Shown: positions 10,351-21,128, numbered from the stretch's first letter. The stretch is 64,000 nucleotides of DNA from Bacilli bacterium (GCA_045631885.1 JAZQVN010000015.1:2452-66451), one strand, 5' to 3'. Notes: generated by a model not told the origin, from the letters alone. Numbers and translations: made by a program.

Positions 10351-11064
10351 ATGAAAGGTTTCAATTTAAAACACTTCTTTACAAAAAGAGAATTCTTTGT
10401 TTTGACATTATCTTTAGTAATATCTATTTTATTGGCATCAGCATCATTCATTTTTCACGCAATCAAAAATCAAAAAAACGATTACTACTCTTTTTATAAA
10501 GATCGCATTTTTTATGTTTCCTTAGATACTAAGGATAATAATGAGTCACAATACAATAACCCCTTTCTTTATATAAATGCAACATTCTACGGAGATGGAG
10601 TAGAACCAAAAACCATTGCTTTAAACCGTTTCTATTATTTAGGAGGCGCAACTTCTCATCTGTATTATTGTTTTTGCAACCCTGCTTATTCCATGTGTAC
10701 CTTCTCCATTAAAGACAATTTGAACGTGCAATGGCTTAGCTCTTCCTATTTTACTAAAATTGATAATTTTAAAATGTACAAAATTACACTAACAAGCAAT
10801 GGCAAATACGATACTCAAAATACAGGTTGGATGTCACCCGATTTAACTGTTAGTCAATTTGCTGATATCTTTATAGGCCACCACAACAGCAATATCGAAA
10901 ATTACTTTTTCGGCATAAACTGCTATCCAAATTTAGTTTGCAGCTTTGGGTCATTGCTTGATAAAGAAGAATTGACAAGATGTCCAAAAATAGGTCAAGT
11001 CGCAGGAAACAATGCTTTTGAACAACTTGAAACAATAAAAAGAGAATTTTCAGAAGGTTTATAA
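10351..11064 (+). CDS. Hypothetical exported or membrane-anchored protein
   Basis: N-terminal TM after MKGFNLKHFF; no recognised family. Confidence 0.55.
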   Translation: MKGFNLKHFFTKREFFVLTLSLVISILLASASFIFHAIKNQKNDYYSFYKDRIFYVSLDTKDNNESQYNNPFLYINATFYGDGVEPKTIALNRFYYLGGATSHLYYCFCNPAYSMCTFSIKDNLNVQWLSSSYFTKIDNFKMYKITLTSNGKYDTQNTGWMSPDLTVSQFADIFIGHHNSNIENYFFGINCYPNLVCSFGSLLDKEELTRCPKIGQVAGNNAFEQLETIKREFSEGL

Positions 11065-11067
11065 AAT

Positions 11068-12189
11068 ATGAATATTCATTTGATTACGAATTGTCATCTT
11101 GAAAAAGATTTTTCTCCGAGATTAGGCGGTCTAGATGTTTATATAGACGATTTAGTCGAATTGTTTTCTTCAAATGGATACAATGTTTATGTCCATGACG
11201 CATCTCCTTTTTCTGATTATGCGATAGATAGAAATAATTATCATCTATTCGGGTATTTTTTTGGAAAAAAAGCAAAAAAATATTCCAAAAAAAACAATCG
11301 AAAATTAATGAAATTGGTTAGAAAATCTAGTTGCTACAAAAACGAAGATTTGGTCATATTTTCTACAGATTACCTCGCTTACGGCAATATTTTTAAAAAT
11401 AGTATTGCTATTCAACACGGAATCGCATGGGATGTTCCGTTTAATAAAAAAACCTTCTTAAAATTTTTAAAACCAATTTTGCTAACTATTAGGAAAATTA
11501 AGATTTTGCGCTCCGTCGATAAAATGATTTGTGTTGATTATAATTATTTGAATTGGTTGAAAGGCAACTACCCATTTAATAATGATATTTCAAAAATAAC
11601 AACAATACCTAATTATTCAAGAGTTTCTAATTGCAAAATATCTATCAACAAAGAGAAAAAAATAGTTTTTGCTAGGAGGTTTTGGAAACCGAGAGGAACA
11701 GATATTTTGATTGACGCCATAAAAAGACTTTCTAATACAAAACAATTTTCAGATATGGTTTTTTTCATAGCTGGTGAGGGGGAGGAAGAAACCAAACTCA
11801 AAAATGAGCTATCATCATTCGAAAATGTTCGTTTTGAAAAATATTGTTCAGGTCAAGGTGTCGAATATCATATCGATAAGGATATCGCCCTAATCCCCAC
11901 TTCCGGATCTGAAGGAACATCGCTTTCCGCTTTGGAAGCAATGTCTGCTGGATGCGCAGTTATTTGCACATCTGTTGGTGGTCTTTCAAATATAGTGATA
12001 GACAACTACAATGGATTATTAATCAAACCAAACGGAAAAGAACTCGCAGAAGCAATTTTGAAAATTATGGATAGCGATGAACTTTTGTTAAGATTGAAGC
12101 AAGCATCAATTCAAACCATAAAATATGGTTTTAGCAAGGAGCTGTGGAACAAAAGATGGCTCGATACTATTGAAGATAAAAGAATATGA
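11068..12189 (+). CDS. Glycosyltransferase family 4
   Basis: SEGTSLSALEAMSAGC (Ex7E) and VGGL. Confidence 0.9.
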   Translation: MNIHLITNCHLEKDFSPRLGGLDVYIDDLVELFSSNGYNVYVHDASPFSDYAIDRNNYHLFGYFFGKKAKKYSKKNNRKLMKLVRKSSCYKNEDLVIFSTDYLAYGNIFKNSIAIQHGIAWDVPFNKKTFLKFLKPILLTIRKIKILRSVDKMICVDYNYLNWLKGNYPFNNDISKITTIPNYSRVSNCKISINKEKKIVFARRFWKPRGTDILIDAIKRLSNTKQFSDMVFFIAGEGEEETKLKNELSSFENVRFEKYCSGQGVEYHIDKDIALIPTSGSEGTSLSALEAMSAGCAVICTSVGGLSNIVIDNYNGLLIKPNGKELAEAILKIMDSDELLLRLKQASIQTIKYGFSKELWNKRWLDTIEDKRI

Positions 12190-13592
12190 AACAATTTGCA
12201 ATACGCGATAGATTAAAAGATTTAAGGAACAATAAAAAAGCAATCATATCATTTTTTGCTAATTGCTTTTTTTATTGTTTTGTTTTTTCTATTCCTTTGA
12301 CTTATTTGGATTTTGGTGGTGTTCATTCATACACTTATATTATTCCTTTTTTTGTTTCGCTTGTTGGTATTCCTATTGCCACAATATACTCAATATTCAT
12401 CGACAAAAATCATTTAATATCAAAAGATATAGTCTTGTTTTTTTTAGCAATCGTTTATCTCGTTATCCAATCCTTAATTAGTTCAGTCATTTCAAACATA
12501 ACTTTGGGCGTTTTTTATGGAAATCACCCCTTACTAACAGGTGCAAAGGAAACGCTTTATATTTTTCACGCTCTCATTTTAATAGTATATAGCAGAATAA
12601 TGATCAAAATTGCCGATCCAACAAAAATTCTTATTTCTTTTATTGGCGGCTTTTCTATATTTTTATTTTTTGGTTATGTGCAAATTTGTTTTACGTATGG
12701 ACTTAAATTTCTTGGCTCGCTGATTGATTTTTTAAGCAAACTAAAACTATCACACAGCTCTGCATATTTCGACACATATAATAAAATATGTGCCACAACA
12801 CCTGAAGCGGCCCACATGACACAGATAATAATATGTTTTTTTCTTCCTACATCGCTGTGCTTTATTTCTAAATACAAAAAAACGAAAGCATCAGTGCTAT
12901 TGGTTGTGTTTTTGCTTCTTTTAATCCCGATCATTATTGCCTCTCACAGCACAGAATTAATATTAACCATTGGATTTGTTTTATCCGGAGTCGTTGTATT
13001 CTTTATTGTTAAGATGTTTAAAAGAAAAGATTTCCTTCCTGCGATTATAGTCATTTTCATTTTGATTTCGTCATTTTTGATTTTGTTTTTTACCGATTAT
13101 TTTCAAACATATGTTATGAATAAGATTTTTGGCAATTTTGCTTATTCAGCGCAAAAAAGGTTTTCACATATTTATAACTCTTTGGTTGTTTTTATTAAAA
13201 ATCCAGGCTTTGGAGTCGGAAGTGGAATTGGTGGTTATTTTTATCAAGAAAATATCGTAGATACATGGTTCATCAACTCTTCGGAAGTAAGATATTTTGT
13301 TATTGGTACGAACGGGATACCAACTGCAGCTCCATTTGTTTTTTATTTCTTGTCGAGTTATGGCTTGTTTGGGTGTTCTGTTTTTTGCATCGGAATAGCT
13401 CATTTTATGAAACCTATTAATAAATCTTTAAATAAGAGATATTTTCTTTTTTTCCTAATAGGTATTTGCGGTTTTGTTTTTATCAGTCTTTTTGTCGAAA
13501 ACATAATTGGGAGTTATTATTTAAGTTTTTTATTATCGCTTCCATTGCTTTTTAACAAAAAATATAGTTGTTATTTGGAGGTAACTATTTAA
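12186..13592 (+). CDS. Wzy-like polysaccharide polymerase / O-antigen ligase family
   Basis: About 11 hydrophobic segments, PE in an external loop, S..R...NPGFGVG motif, position within the polysaccharide locus. Confidence 0.7.
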   Translation: MKQFAIRDRLKDLRNNKKAIISFFANCFFYCFVFSIPLTYLDFGGVHSYTYIIPFFVSLVGIPIATIYSIFIDKNHLISKDIVLFFLAIVYLVIQSLISSVISNITLGVFYGNHPLLTGAKETLYIFHALILIVYSRIMIKIADPTKILISFIGGFSIFLFFGYVQICFTYGLKFLGSLIDFLSKLKLSHSSAYFDTYNKICATTPEAAHMTQIIICFFLPTSLCFISKYKKTKASVLLVVFLLLLIPIIIASHSTELILTIGFVLSGVVVFFIVKMFKRKDFLPAIIVIFILISSFLILFFTDYFQTYVMNKIFGNFAYSAQKRFSHIYNSLVVFIKNPGFGVGSGIGGYFYQENIVDTWFINSSEVRYFVIGTNGIPTAAPFVFYFLSSYGLFGCSVFCIGIAHFMKPINKSLNKRYFLFFLIGICGFVFISLFVENIIGSYYLSFLLSLPLLFNKKYSCYLEVTI

Positions 13593-14710
13593 TGAAGATT
13601 GTTGTTATTTCGGATTATCTAACACATCATCAATCGTACATTTGCGAAGAGCTCATTAATCTAGGAAACGACGTTCATTTTATTGCTTGCAAAAAAACAC
13701 CGGAATATAGAATTGCAACTGGATTTGATGATATGTCAAACAAAACATATGTGTTGCACAGTTTTGATAAATCAAAAGCAAAGAAAGAGTTGACCTCACT
13801 AATAGACAATGCTGATTTTGTTATAATAGGCACAGGAGACAATTCATTAATAAAAAACAGAATTAAAAAAGATCATATGGTCTTTCGTTTTAGTGAGCAT
13901 TTGTCAAAATCCAATAACCACTTTATTAATTTTTTAAGAATACTAAAGTGGAAATTCCTCTTGCGAAAAGAGATCAAAAATAAAAATTGTTTTTTGCTTT
14001 GTTCAAGTTTTTATGCTTCAAAAGATTATAAAAAGGTTGGGATAAGCACCAGTAAAATGCTTAAATGGGGGTATTTCCCTGTTGTAGAAAAGAAAGGACT
14101 TTGCCAAATAAACGAAGCCAACCAAATAAATAATTTTGTCTGGGCTGGTAGACTAATTGATTGGAAACATCCGGAAATATGTGTCGATGTTTATGATTAT
14201 TGTAAAAATAACAATTTTCCATTTGATATTAAAATTTATGGTGACGGTTTGTTTAAAGACAAGCTAAAACTTGCTATTGGTCAAAGAAACATTCCTGTTT
14301 ATTCTCCAGTTAAAAGAAATGACATTTCAAACATTATTAAACCCGGTTCCATTTTTCTATTCTCTAGCGACAATGGTGAAGGGTGGGGCGCCATTTTAAA
14401 TGAAGCGTTAGCATTAGGCGCAATATGCATTTGTAACGGACTTGCTGGTAGCACTAAATTTTTAATCAATGATTCTGAAAACGGTTTTATTTATGAAACA
14501 AAAGAAGACTTATATTCTGTTTTAAATCGCTTGATAAATATGACTGGCGAAGAAAAAAAACAGATGTCTCTTAAAGCTTGTGAAACCATAGAAAAAGTTT
14601 GGTCAGCAAAATGTGCAGCAAGCAATCTGATGAAACAAATAACATATTATAAACAAAATGGCAAATTTCTCAGAAATATAAAAGGACCTGGTTCAAAAAT
14701 TCAAGATTAG
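13592..14710 (+). CDS. Glycosyltransferase family 4
   Basis: WAGRLIDWKHP and EGWGAILNEAL. Start at ATG 13592 after GGAGG. Confidence 0.85.
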   Translation: MKIVVISDYLTHHQSYICEELINLGNDVHFIACKKTPEYRIATGFDDMSNKTYVLHSFDKSKAKKELTSLIDNADFVIIGTGDNSLIKNRIKKDHMVFRFSEHLSKSNNHFINFLRILKWKFLLRKEIKNKNCFLLCSSFYASKDYKKVGISTSKMLKWGYFPVVEKKGLCQINEANQINNFVWAGRLIDWKHPEICVDVYDYCKNNNFPFDIKIYGDGLFKDKLKLAIGQRNIPVYSPVKRNDISNIIKPGSIFLFSSDNGEGWGAILNEALALGAICICNGLAGSTKFLINDSENGFIYETKEDLYSVLNRLINMTGEEKKQMSLKACETIEKVWSAKCAASNLMKQITYYKQNGKFLRNIKGPGSKIQD

Positions 14711-15690
14711 TCTTTTATTATCTTTCTTTTTATTGTTTTTAAGTGTCGTATCATCAACCACTTGATTTGAATCAAATGACTATGGTGTTTGTATTTTGTG
14801 ATTTCAATAGCGTCTTTTTTTTCACAATATTTAACATAAGGATAAAAAGTGGCGAAGCAGTTTTTCAAATATAAGATTGTTTTTTTATTTAAAGTACTTT
14901 TTTCAAAATAATGTTCTTTTAATAGAGCATAATAATTGAAAAGACAATATGCATTTATTTTATTACTGAGTTCAGGAAAATGTGTTTTCCCTAAAGAAAT
15001 AGCCAGACTGCAGGAAGATAAAGTGGCCATTTTTTTAAAAGACATTTTTGATCTTTCCGTACTCTCAGACCTAATGTATCTAAAATACTCAGATTCATTA
15101 GAACACACTATGTTATTAACAGTGGAGAACAAAAGAAGATTAAAATATTCATCCTCTCTAGCTCTAAAAGGAGGGAACCTCAATTCGCCAATAACATCAC
15201 GCCTGATTAACTTGCACCATGGTGCCGGAGCAATTTTCCGATTCAAATATAAATTAAAAATGGTTTTTTTTGAAGAGAATGAATCACAATCATCGAATAA
15301 GCGAATAGGTATTTTTTTGCCTCTCAAAATAATAGTATAATTGCAGCAGACGATTTCGGTATTTGGTTTTATAGATTTTACAAGATTTTCCACAAAGGTT
15401 GTGCCCATAGAATCATCACTATCTAGAAACAACACCCACTCTCCTTGTGCCTTTGCCAAAGCTAAATTTCTGGCCACTCCTTGCCCGGAATTTTTTTGTC
15501 TAAATAAACGAACTGTCTTGTATTTTTTTGCAAACATTTCTGTTTTTTGATATTCATCTTCTGATGATCCGTCGTCAACAAGAATTGTTTCTATATTTTT
15601 ATATGTTTGATTAAATATACTATCTAAACATCGCCCCAAATAATCGGAGCTGTTATAAGAAGGTATAATGATAGAAACCAAAGGATTCAT
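14707..15690 (-). CDS. Glycosyltransferase family 2
   Basis: PLVSIIIP, DDGS, ARN, FLDSDD. Confidence 0.9.
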   Translation of the reverse strand: MNPLVSIIIPSYNSSDYLGRCLDSIFNQTYKNIETILVDDGSSEDEYQKTEMFAKKYKTVRLFRQKNSGQGVARNLALAKAQGEWVLFLDSDDSMGTTFVENLVKSIKPNTEIVCCNYTIILRGKKIPIRLFDDCDSFSSKKTIFNLYLNRKIAPAPWCKLIRRDVIGELRFPPFRAREDEYFNLLLFSTVNNIVCSNESEYFRYIRSESTERSKMSFKKMATLSSCSLAISLGKTHFPELSNKINAYCLFNYYALLKEHYFEKSTLNKKTILYLKNCFATFYPYVKYCEKKDAIEITKYKHHSHLIQIKWLMIRHLKTIKRKIIKD

Positions 15691-15706
15691 AGTTATTTCA
15701 GCACCT

Positions 15707-16810
15707 CTATTTTGTAAAATAATTTTCTATAATATCAGCGATTTTTACGCAAGCAAATCCATCACCATAAGGATTTGAGGATTTTGACATTTTTTCATAT
15801 TGGTCCTTATTATCAAGGAGATTTTTGAATTCTTTATAAATCCGCTCTTCGGAGGTACCAACTAATTTTAAGGTACCTGCGTCTATTCCTTCTGGTCTTT
15901 CAGTAGTATCCCTCATCACTAGAACTGGTTTACCCAAAGAAGGAGCTTCTTCTTGAATACCACCACTATCGGTTAAAATCAAATAGCTTCTCGCCATAAA
16001 ATTGTGAAAATCCAAAACATCCAACGGATCAATGAGTCTAATTCTTTCGTTATTTCCCAATTCCTCATCGGCAGCTTTTCTAACAACCGGATTTAGATGA
16101 ATTGGATATAAGACCTTAACATCGGGATACTCTTCGACTATTCTCCTTATTGCTCTGAACATTCTATGCATCGGTTGACCAAGATTTTCTCTTCGGTGAG
16201 CAGTAAGCAATATCAATCTATAACCCCTTGCCCATTCAAGATGATCATTAAAATAGTTGCTTTTCACGGTTGTTTTCAATGCATCGATTGCAGTGTTCCC
16301 GGTAACGAAAATGGTTTTTTCATCTTTTCCCTCATTAATAAGGTTTTGTTTGGATAAATTGGTTGGTGCAAAATTAAATCTTGCAATAATACTGACCGCC
16401 TCGCGATTAAACTCTTCTGGATAGGGAGAATAAATGTTGTAGGTTCTCAACCCAGCTTCAACATGGCCTACGGGTATTTGCAAATAATAACAAGCTAGAG
16501 CCACGGTGAACGTGGTTGATGTGTCTCCATGCACTAAAACGATATCTGGTTTTTCATTTTCAAGAACATCTTTAATTTTATTAAGAATGTTGGCTGTGAT
16601 ATCGAATAAAGTTTGGCCACTTTTCATAATTGATAAATCGTATTCAGGCACCACGCCAAATGTAGATAAAACCTGATCCAACATTTGTCTATGTTGACCC
16701 GTCACGCAAACAATCGTTTTAATATTGGTCCTTGATCTTAATTCATTAACTAGCGGACACATTTTTATAGCTTCTGGTCTTGTTCCAAAGGCAACCAATA
16801 CTTTTTTCAT
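15707..16810 (-). CDS. wecB: UDP-N-acetylglucosamine 2-epimerase (non-hydrolysing)
   Basis: FGTRPEAIKM, HGDT, HVEAGLRT, TDSGGIQEEAP, TERPE, NPYGDG. Confidence 0.95.
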   Translation of the reverse strand: MKKVLVAFGTRPEAIKMCPLVNELRSRTNIKTIVCVTGQHRQMLDQVLSTFGVVPEYDLSIMKSGQTLFDITANILNKIKDVLENEKPDIVLVHGDTSTTFTVALACYYLQIPVGHVEAGLRTYNIYSPYPEEFNREAVSIIARFNFAPTNLSKQNLINEGKDEKTIFVTGNTAIDALKTTVKSNYFNDHLEWARGYRLILLTAHRRENLGQPMHRMFRAIRRIVEEYPDVKVLYPIHLNPVVRKAADEELGNNERIRLIDPLDVLDFHNFMARSYLILTDSGGIQEEAPSLGKPVLVMRDTTERPEGIDAGTLKLVGTSEERIYKEFKNLLDNKDQYEKMSKSSNPYGDGFACVKIADIIENYFTK

Positions 16811-16811
16811 A

Positions 16812-17411
16812 TTATCTCCCCTTTGCAGCTCCAAAAGCTTTTAGAAATGTATATGCAAAAATTTTGATATCCCACCACAAAGAAAAGTGGTCTAAATAGA
16901 TTTTATCGTACATGGCTTTTGTTTCAGGATCTAGCTCACCGCGTTTATGTATTTGAGCGTATCCGCTTAATCCGGGTCTTAATGCTATTGAGCCATTTTC
17001 TTTACGTAAATTTATTGTTATAACATCATAATCGTTAACATCAATAAGTGGTCTAGGACCAATAAACGCCATTTGACCGACAAAAATATTAAAAAGTTGT
17101 AATGTTTCATCGATAGAAGTGACTCTTAAAAATTTACCAAATCCAGTAACGTGTTCTTGAACACCTTTATCTTGGCTTGACATATGCGGATCAGCATCTA
17201 GTTTCATGGTTCTAAATTTTAAACAGATGAAAGCTTTTCCATTCCTGCCAATTCTATGTCTATTAAAGAAAGGGTGACCTTTAGTAACAATAGCATTAAC
17301 CGGTAAAACCCACCACCAGAGTAAAGCAAAACAAACAATGATTCCAATAATAGAACCAAGTATTCCTATCAATCTTTTAAATGGAAGATATATCTTTTGG
17401 CTTGTTCTCAT
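16812..17411 (-). CDS. Priming sugar transferase (phosphoglycosyl transferase)
   Basis: KFRTM, GKFLRxTSIDE, IGPRP, RPGLSGYAQ. Confidence 0.9.
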   Translation of the reverse strand: MRTSQKIYLPFKRLIGILGSIIGIIVCFALLWWWVLPVNAIVTKGHPFFNRHRIGRNGKAFICLKFRTMKLDADPHMSSQDKGVQEHVTGFGKFLRVTSIDETLQLFNIFVGQMAFIGPRPLIDVNDYDVITINLRKENGSIALRPGLSGYAQIHKRGELDPETKAMYDKIYLDHFSLWWDIKIFAYTFLKAFGAAKGR

Positions 17412-17530
17412 AATTTGATTTTACTATACACAGTCTTATAAATATATTTATTAAGACTATGCGGGAAATATACCACAATAAAAAGGATAAGTAAAAGAAA
17501 AAGATTATATTCATTCTGTCTCAAAATAAA

Positions 17531-17562
17531 AATAATGTATACTTACAAAAGTATACATTATT
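17531..17562 (-). terminator. Hairpin terminating the tRNA operon
   Basis: AATAATGTATACTT-acaa-AAGTATACATTATT, a 14-bp perfect inverted repeat, followed by a T-tract on the minus strand. Confidence 0.7.
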
Positions 17563-17646
17563 GGTGCGCCTAGCAGGAATCGAACCTGTACTCCTCTCGG
17601 AACTAGATCCTAAGTCTAGCGCGTCTGCCAGTTCCGCCATAGGCGC
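17562..17646 (-). tRNA. tRNA-Leu(TAG)
   Basis: Cloverleaf with long variable arm; anticodon arm CTAGA-CTTAGGA-TCTAG; GGTTCGATTCC; encoded CCA. Confidence 0.97.
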
Positions 17647-17689
17647 AATTTAAAAGGGACCGATTTCTCGATCCCTTAATAATTCCTTC

Positions 17690-17765
17690 TGGTGCCGTCT
17701 ATCGGAATCGAACCAACAACCTATCGATTACAAATCGATTGCTCTGCCAATTGAGCTAAGACGGC
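17690..17765 (-). tRNA. tRNA-Thr(TGT)
   Basis: Anticodon arm ATCGA-TTTGTAA-TCGAT; encoded CCA. Confidence 0.97.
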
Positions 17766-17768
17766 CTG

Positions 17769-17843
17769 TGGTGGACACTACAGGGATCGAACCTGTGACC
17801 TCTTCCGTGTGAAGGAAGCGTTCTCCCGCTGAACTAAGTGTCC
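17769..17843 (-). tRNA. tRNA-Val(CAC)
   Basis: Anticodon arm CTTCC-TTCACAC-GGAAG; encoded CCA. Confidence 0.95.
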
Positions 17844-18008
17844 AGAAGTGGACGCTAAAAAATAATATCAAAGTAGTATTTTGTTTTCAATAGAAAATAA
17901 TAAGACTTAAATCTTTGCCACATCAATGTACAAATGAGGCGAGAGAACATCAACTTTTTAATAACTGTATTTTTTACTATTAGCGAAAAAAGATATCCAA
18001 AAAAGAAA

Positions 18009-18692
18009 TTATTTATCTTTTGAGTTCAAAAACTTAATGAAATCAAAATTGTTTAGAATTTTTCTCCAAGTAATTACTTTCCCAGGACTATAAAGTAACC
18101 AAGCGTATTCCTTGCATTGAATTGGCTTATCAATTATTTGCTCATTTTCAAATCCGTATTTTTTATCAACAAGGATTACCTTTTTATATTCAATAGAATT
18201 CCAATCATTAACCAGCTCATTCGTTAATGTGGAAGTCTCTATTGGGTAGCAAAAAGTTGATACCACGAATAAATTATCCCAGTTTATCCTCGACTTTCTT
18301 TCTTCCCACTTTGTGGCTGCATCTTTAAATGTTTTATAATGCATAAAGTTGATTCTTATTGGTCTACAATAGCATCCATCAGTAGATGGATAAAGAAGGC
18401 CGACTGGATAATTTGTGTTTGCATCAATCATCTCAACTAGATTCCCTTTTAAGTAGTCGTGTAAATGCAAACAAAATTGATTAAAATCGTCCGGTGTAAA
18501 AAACAGATTGATTGTGGGTGTGAGAAATTTTAATTTTAATTGATTATATATTATTCCTCCAACACAATCTCTTGAAATAATCGTAAAGTTTTTGTTGTTA
18601 TTCCGGATTCTATAGAAAAATCTACTTACGGCATTGATACTTTTTTTAAAAGCCATAACTGTTTTATTTATAATTATTTTTATGAGTTTCAT
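18009..18692 (-). CDS. DUF1919-family protein (exopolysaccharide-associated)
   Basis: FTIISxxCxGG, PTINL, FMHY...A..KW..R..RINW. Confidence 0.8.
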   Translation of the reverse strand: MKLIKIIINKTVMAFKKSINAVSRFFYRIRNNNKNFTIISRDCVGGIIYNQLKLKFLTPTINLFFTPDDFNQFCLHLHDYLKGNLVEMIDANTNYPVGLLYPSTDGCYCRPIRINFMHYKTFKDAATKWEERKSRINWDNLFVVSTFCYPIETSTLTNELVNDWNSIEYKKVILVDKKYGFENEQIIDKPIQCKEYAWLLYSPGKVITWRKILNNFDFIKFLNSKDK

Positions 18693-18757
18693 ATCTCTAA
18701 TCTAATAATAAAAATATGGATAATCAAGCATTCTTTAAATAAAATAACTGTATCGAA

Positions 18758-20419
18758 TTAAACCTTTGTTTTTTTGACGTTCGCATAGGAAGCAAATGTA
18801 TCATTATCTTCCCCAGCGTAAGATATATCAATACTTGGAGCGATACCTTCGAATTGTTTTGTAAATAAATCAAATCTAGTCGTATCTAAGTATTTATTCG
18901 CATATTCAATACAATATTGATGGAATTGATCTTTACATGGTTGATAGACAGTGTATGAGTTATTACTCCCACCAGTGAGGAATCTTAACACTAATGGGCA
19001 TTTATTAAAGCCGTCATAACCCATGCCGTAAGGGTCATCCCAACCGACATTCTTTAAATCTTTATCCCAACTATTTCTAATACCTAAACATCTATCGTTG
19101 TCATATGGTAAGAACAAGGCTTTGCCTTCGTTATTAAAATATAGATAATAATTGTTCGCATTATTTCTTAAATCATCTGGTAAACCAAATACCCAGCATA
19201 ACGCAGAATACTTTAAGAAATTATCAATATCCATATAATTCAACATATTGTTGTAATACATTTCTGGTGTATATCCATCTTGATTCTGTTTTAATTTCAC
19301 ATTATTAATAAATGTTTTAATCACGGACATATCGGATTTCTTCTCATTAGTTTTTAATCCATATGTTGGACGGAAGTTCACTCCCTCAACACCTAGATTA
19401 TCTATATTAGTTAAATCCGCGGGAGTGTTTTGATATAAGCATTTATATAAATCACCAGAATCATCATCCGGTAAGACTTTCTTTATTAATTGTTTATCTA
19501 CAGATTCATATACTTCATAGATCATCTTACGAGAATCTACTTCACTCTTAAGAGTGACTTCAACTAGATTTGAATGCTGGGCTAAAACACCTTCATTCCT
19601 AAAAGCGTCAAGCACATATAATTCTTTAGTAAATGTTCCATCACAGTTTCGATTCCATTTGAAATCTAATTTCTTCATCTTGCCAAACTTACGGTCATCT
19701 CTATCCGCTTTCTTATCTTTATTAGTCCAAGATTTAACATAATAGTCATTATCTTCTACATCATCAAAAGTTTGACCAAAGTTAAGTTTAAAATGGAAAT
19801 TCTCTCCAGGATTAAAATAGCCATTACTATTAATAAAGTTAGTGTTACGAGAAGTATTACCTCTCATTCTCGCGCCTACTTCATAATATGTCGCTTCTTT
19901 ACCATCGATATTAATTTTCATCGTGCAAGGATGATACATTTCATTTTTTACATAATTGCTATTGTTCCATCCTGGATCACCATATTCAGCGAGTTTTAAT
20001 AAAGATTGATTAGAAAAACTTAATTCAATAGATATCTTCTTACCATAGGTAAAGAAAGCGTTAAATAATTTATTTCCTGATGGGAAACCTTCATCAATTA
20101 CATCATCTAAATGGTTTTGATCAGGTGTCTCATCTTTAGATGGCTCTGGTTCAGGGTCAGTATTACCTGGATCAACCGGATCATTTTGCCCTGGATCTGG
20201 ATCTACAGGATCAGTTGGTTCTGTTGGATCTTCTGGATCAGCAGGGTCTACAGGGTCAGAAGGCTCGGTTGGATCTCCTGGTTCTGCAGGTTCTGTTGGG
20301 TCGTTGCCACTACCACCAGAATTATTTCCGTTATTATTGTTATTATTTGGGCTAAAACTAATATCACACGCGGTGATAAATGGTATTAAAGTTAGAAGAG
20401 TTAATAATTTCTTTTTCAT
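18758..20419 (-). CDS. CotH kinase family lipoprotein with a Pro/Asp/Glu-rich linker
   Basis: Lipobox FITAC; DPTEP-type repeats; RGNTSR; DD...NNYYLY; LPYDND. Confidence 0.8.
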   Translation of the reverse strand: MKKKLLTLLTLIPFITACDISFSPNNNNNNGNNSGGSGNDPTEPAEPGDPTEPSDPVDPADPEDPTEPTDPVDPDPGQNDPVDPGNTDPEPEPSKDETPDQNHLDDVIDEGFPSGNKLFNAFFTYGKKISIELSFSNQSLLKLAEYGDPGWNNSNYVKNEMYHPCTMKINIDGKEATYYEVGARMRGNTSRNTNFINSNGYFNPGENFHFKLNFGQTFDDVEDNDYYVKSWTNKDKKADRDDRKFGKMKKLDFKWNRNCDGTFTKELYVLDAFRNEGVLAQHSNLVEVTLKSEVDSRKMIYEVYESVDKQLIKKVLPDDDSGDLYKCLYQNTPADLTNIDNLGVEGVNFRPTYGLKTNEKKSDMSVIKTFINNVKLKQNQDGYTPEMYYNNMLNYMDIDNFLKYSALCWVFGLPDDLRNNANNYYLYFNNEGKALFLPYDNDRCLGIRNSWDKDLKNVGWDDPYGMGYDGFNKCPLVLRFLTGGSNNSYTVYQPCKDQFHQYCIEYANKYLDTTRFDLFTKQFEGIAPSIDISYAGEDNDTFASYANVKKTKV

Positions 20420-20441
20420 AATGATATCATTATATCAAGAT

Positions 20442-21128
20442 ATGAAGAACTCAGTGAAAAAAGGTGATAAAGGTGAACAAGCAGTAATCGATACTTTAAA
20501 TTTATTTAAAGACGATTATTTCTTAATCAATAACTTGATTCTAATTGGGGATAATAATGTCTCACATCAATTTGACCATATCTTAATTAGACCTAATGGA
20601 GTCTTTATTATCGAAACAAAAAACTACTTCGGAAAGATAACTGGAAAATTAGAAGATACAATGTGGAATAAGACTTATCCAAGAAAAGGTAAGATTGTAT
20701 CTGAAAAGTTCATGAATCCAGTGAAACAAAATAACGCGCACGTGCGATATATTAAAAAGATTATAGGGAAAGATATTTCTCTAGTTAACATCGTGGTATT
20801 TGTGAACAACGATGTATCTCATTTAGGGATATACACTGTGGTCAATTTAGAACAACTATATAACCGTATCTATTTATGGGAAAATGATAAGCCATTATCA
20901 CATAATCAAATGGTCAATATTTATAACCTATTATTATCCTTAGAAGCGGATATCCAAAGTGAAGATCATGTCTCAAATATCAAAGAGTTAAAGAAGTTAC
21001 AAAGAGAAAAAAGACAAGATATGATTCTAGTCATTGAAAAAGGACTATGTCCTATCTGTGGGAACAAAGTTAAAATGAATAAAAACATCTATACTTGTCC
21101 AGTATGTAAATACACATTAAAAGTCTAA
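20442..21128 (+). CDS. NERD-domain protein with a C-terminal zinc ribbon
   Basis: GE, QFDHILI...GVFIIETKN, NPVKQN..H; CPICG...CPVC. Start moved to ATG 20442 to avoid overlap with the CotH gene. Confidence 0.85.
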   Translation: MKNSVKKGDKGEQAVIDTLNLFKDDYFLINNLILIGDNNVSHQFDHILIRPNGVFIIETKNYFGKITGKLEDTMWNKTYPRKGKIVSEKFMNPVKQNNAHVRYIKKIIGKDISLVNIVVFVNNDVSHLGIYTVVNLEQLYNRIYLWENDKPLSHNQMVNIYNLLLSLEADIQSEDHVSNIKELKKLQREKRQDMILVIEKGLCPICGNKVKMNKNIYTCPVCKYTLKV

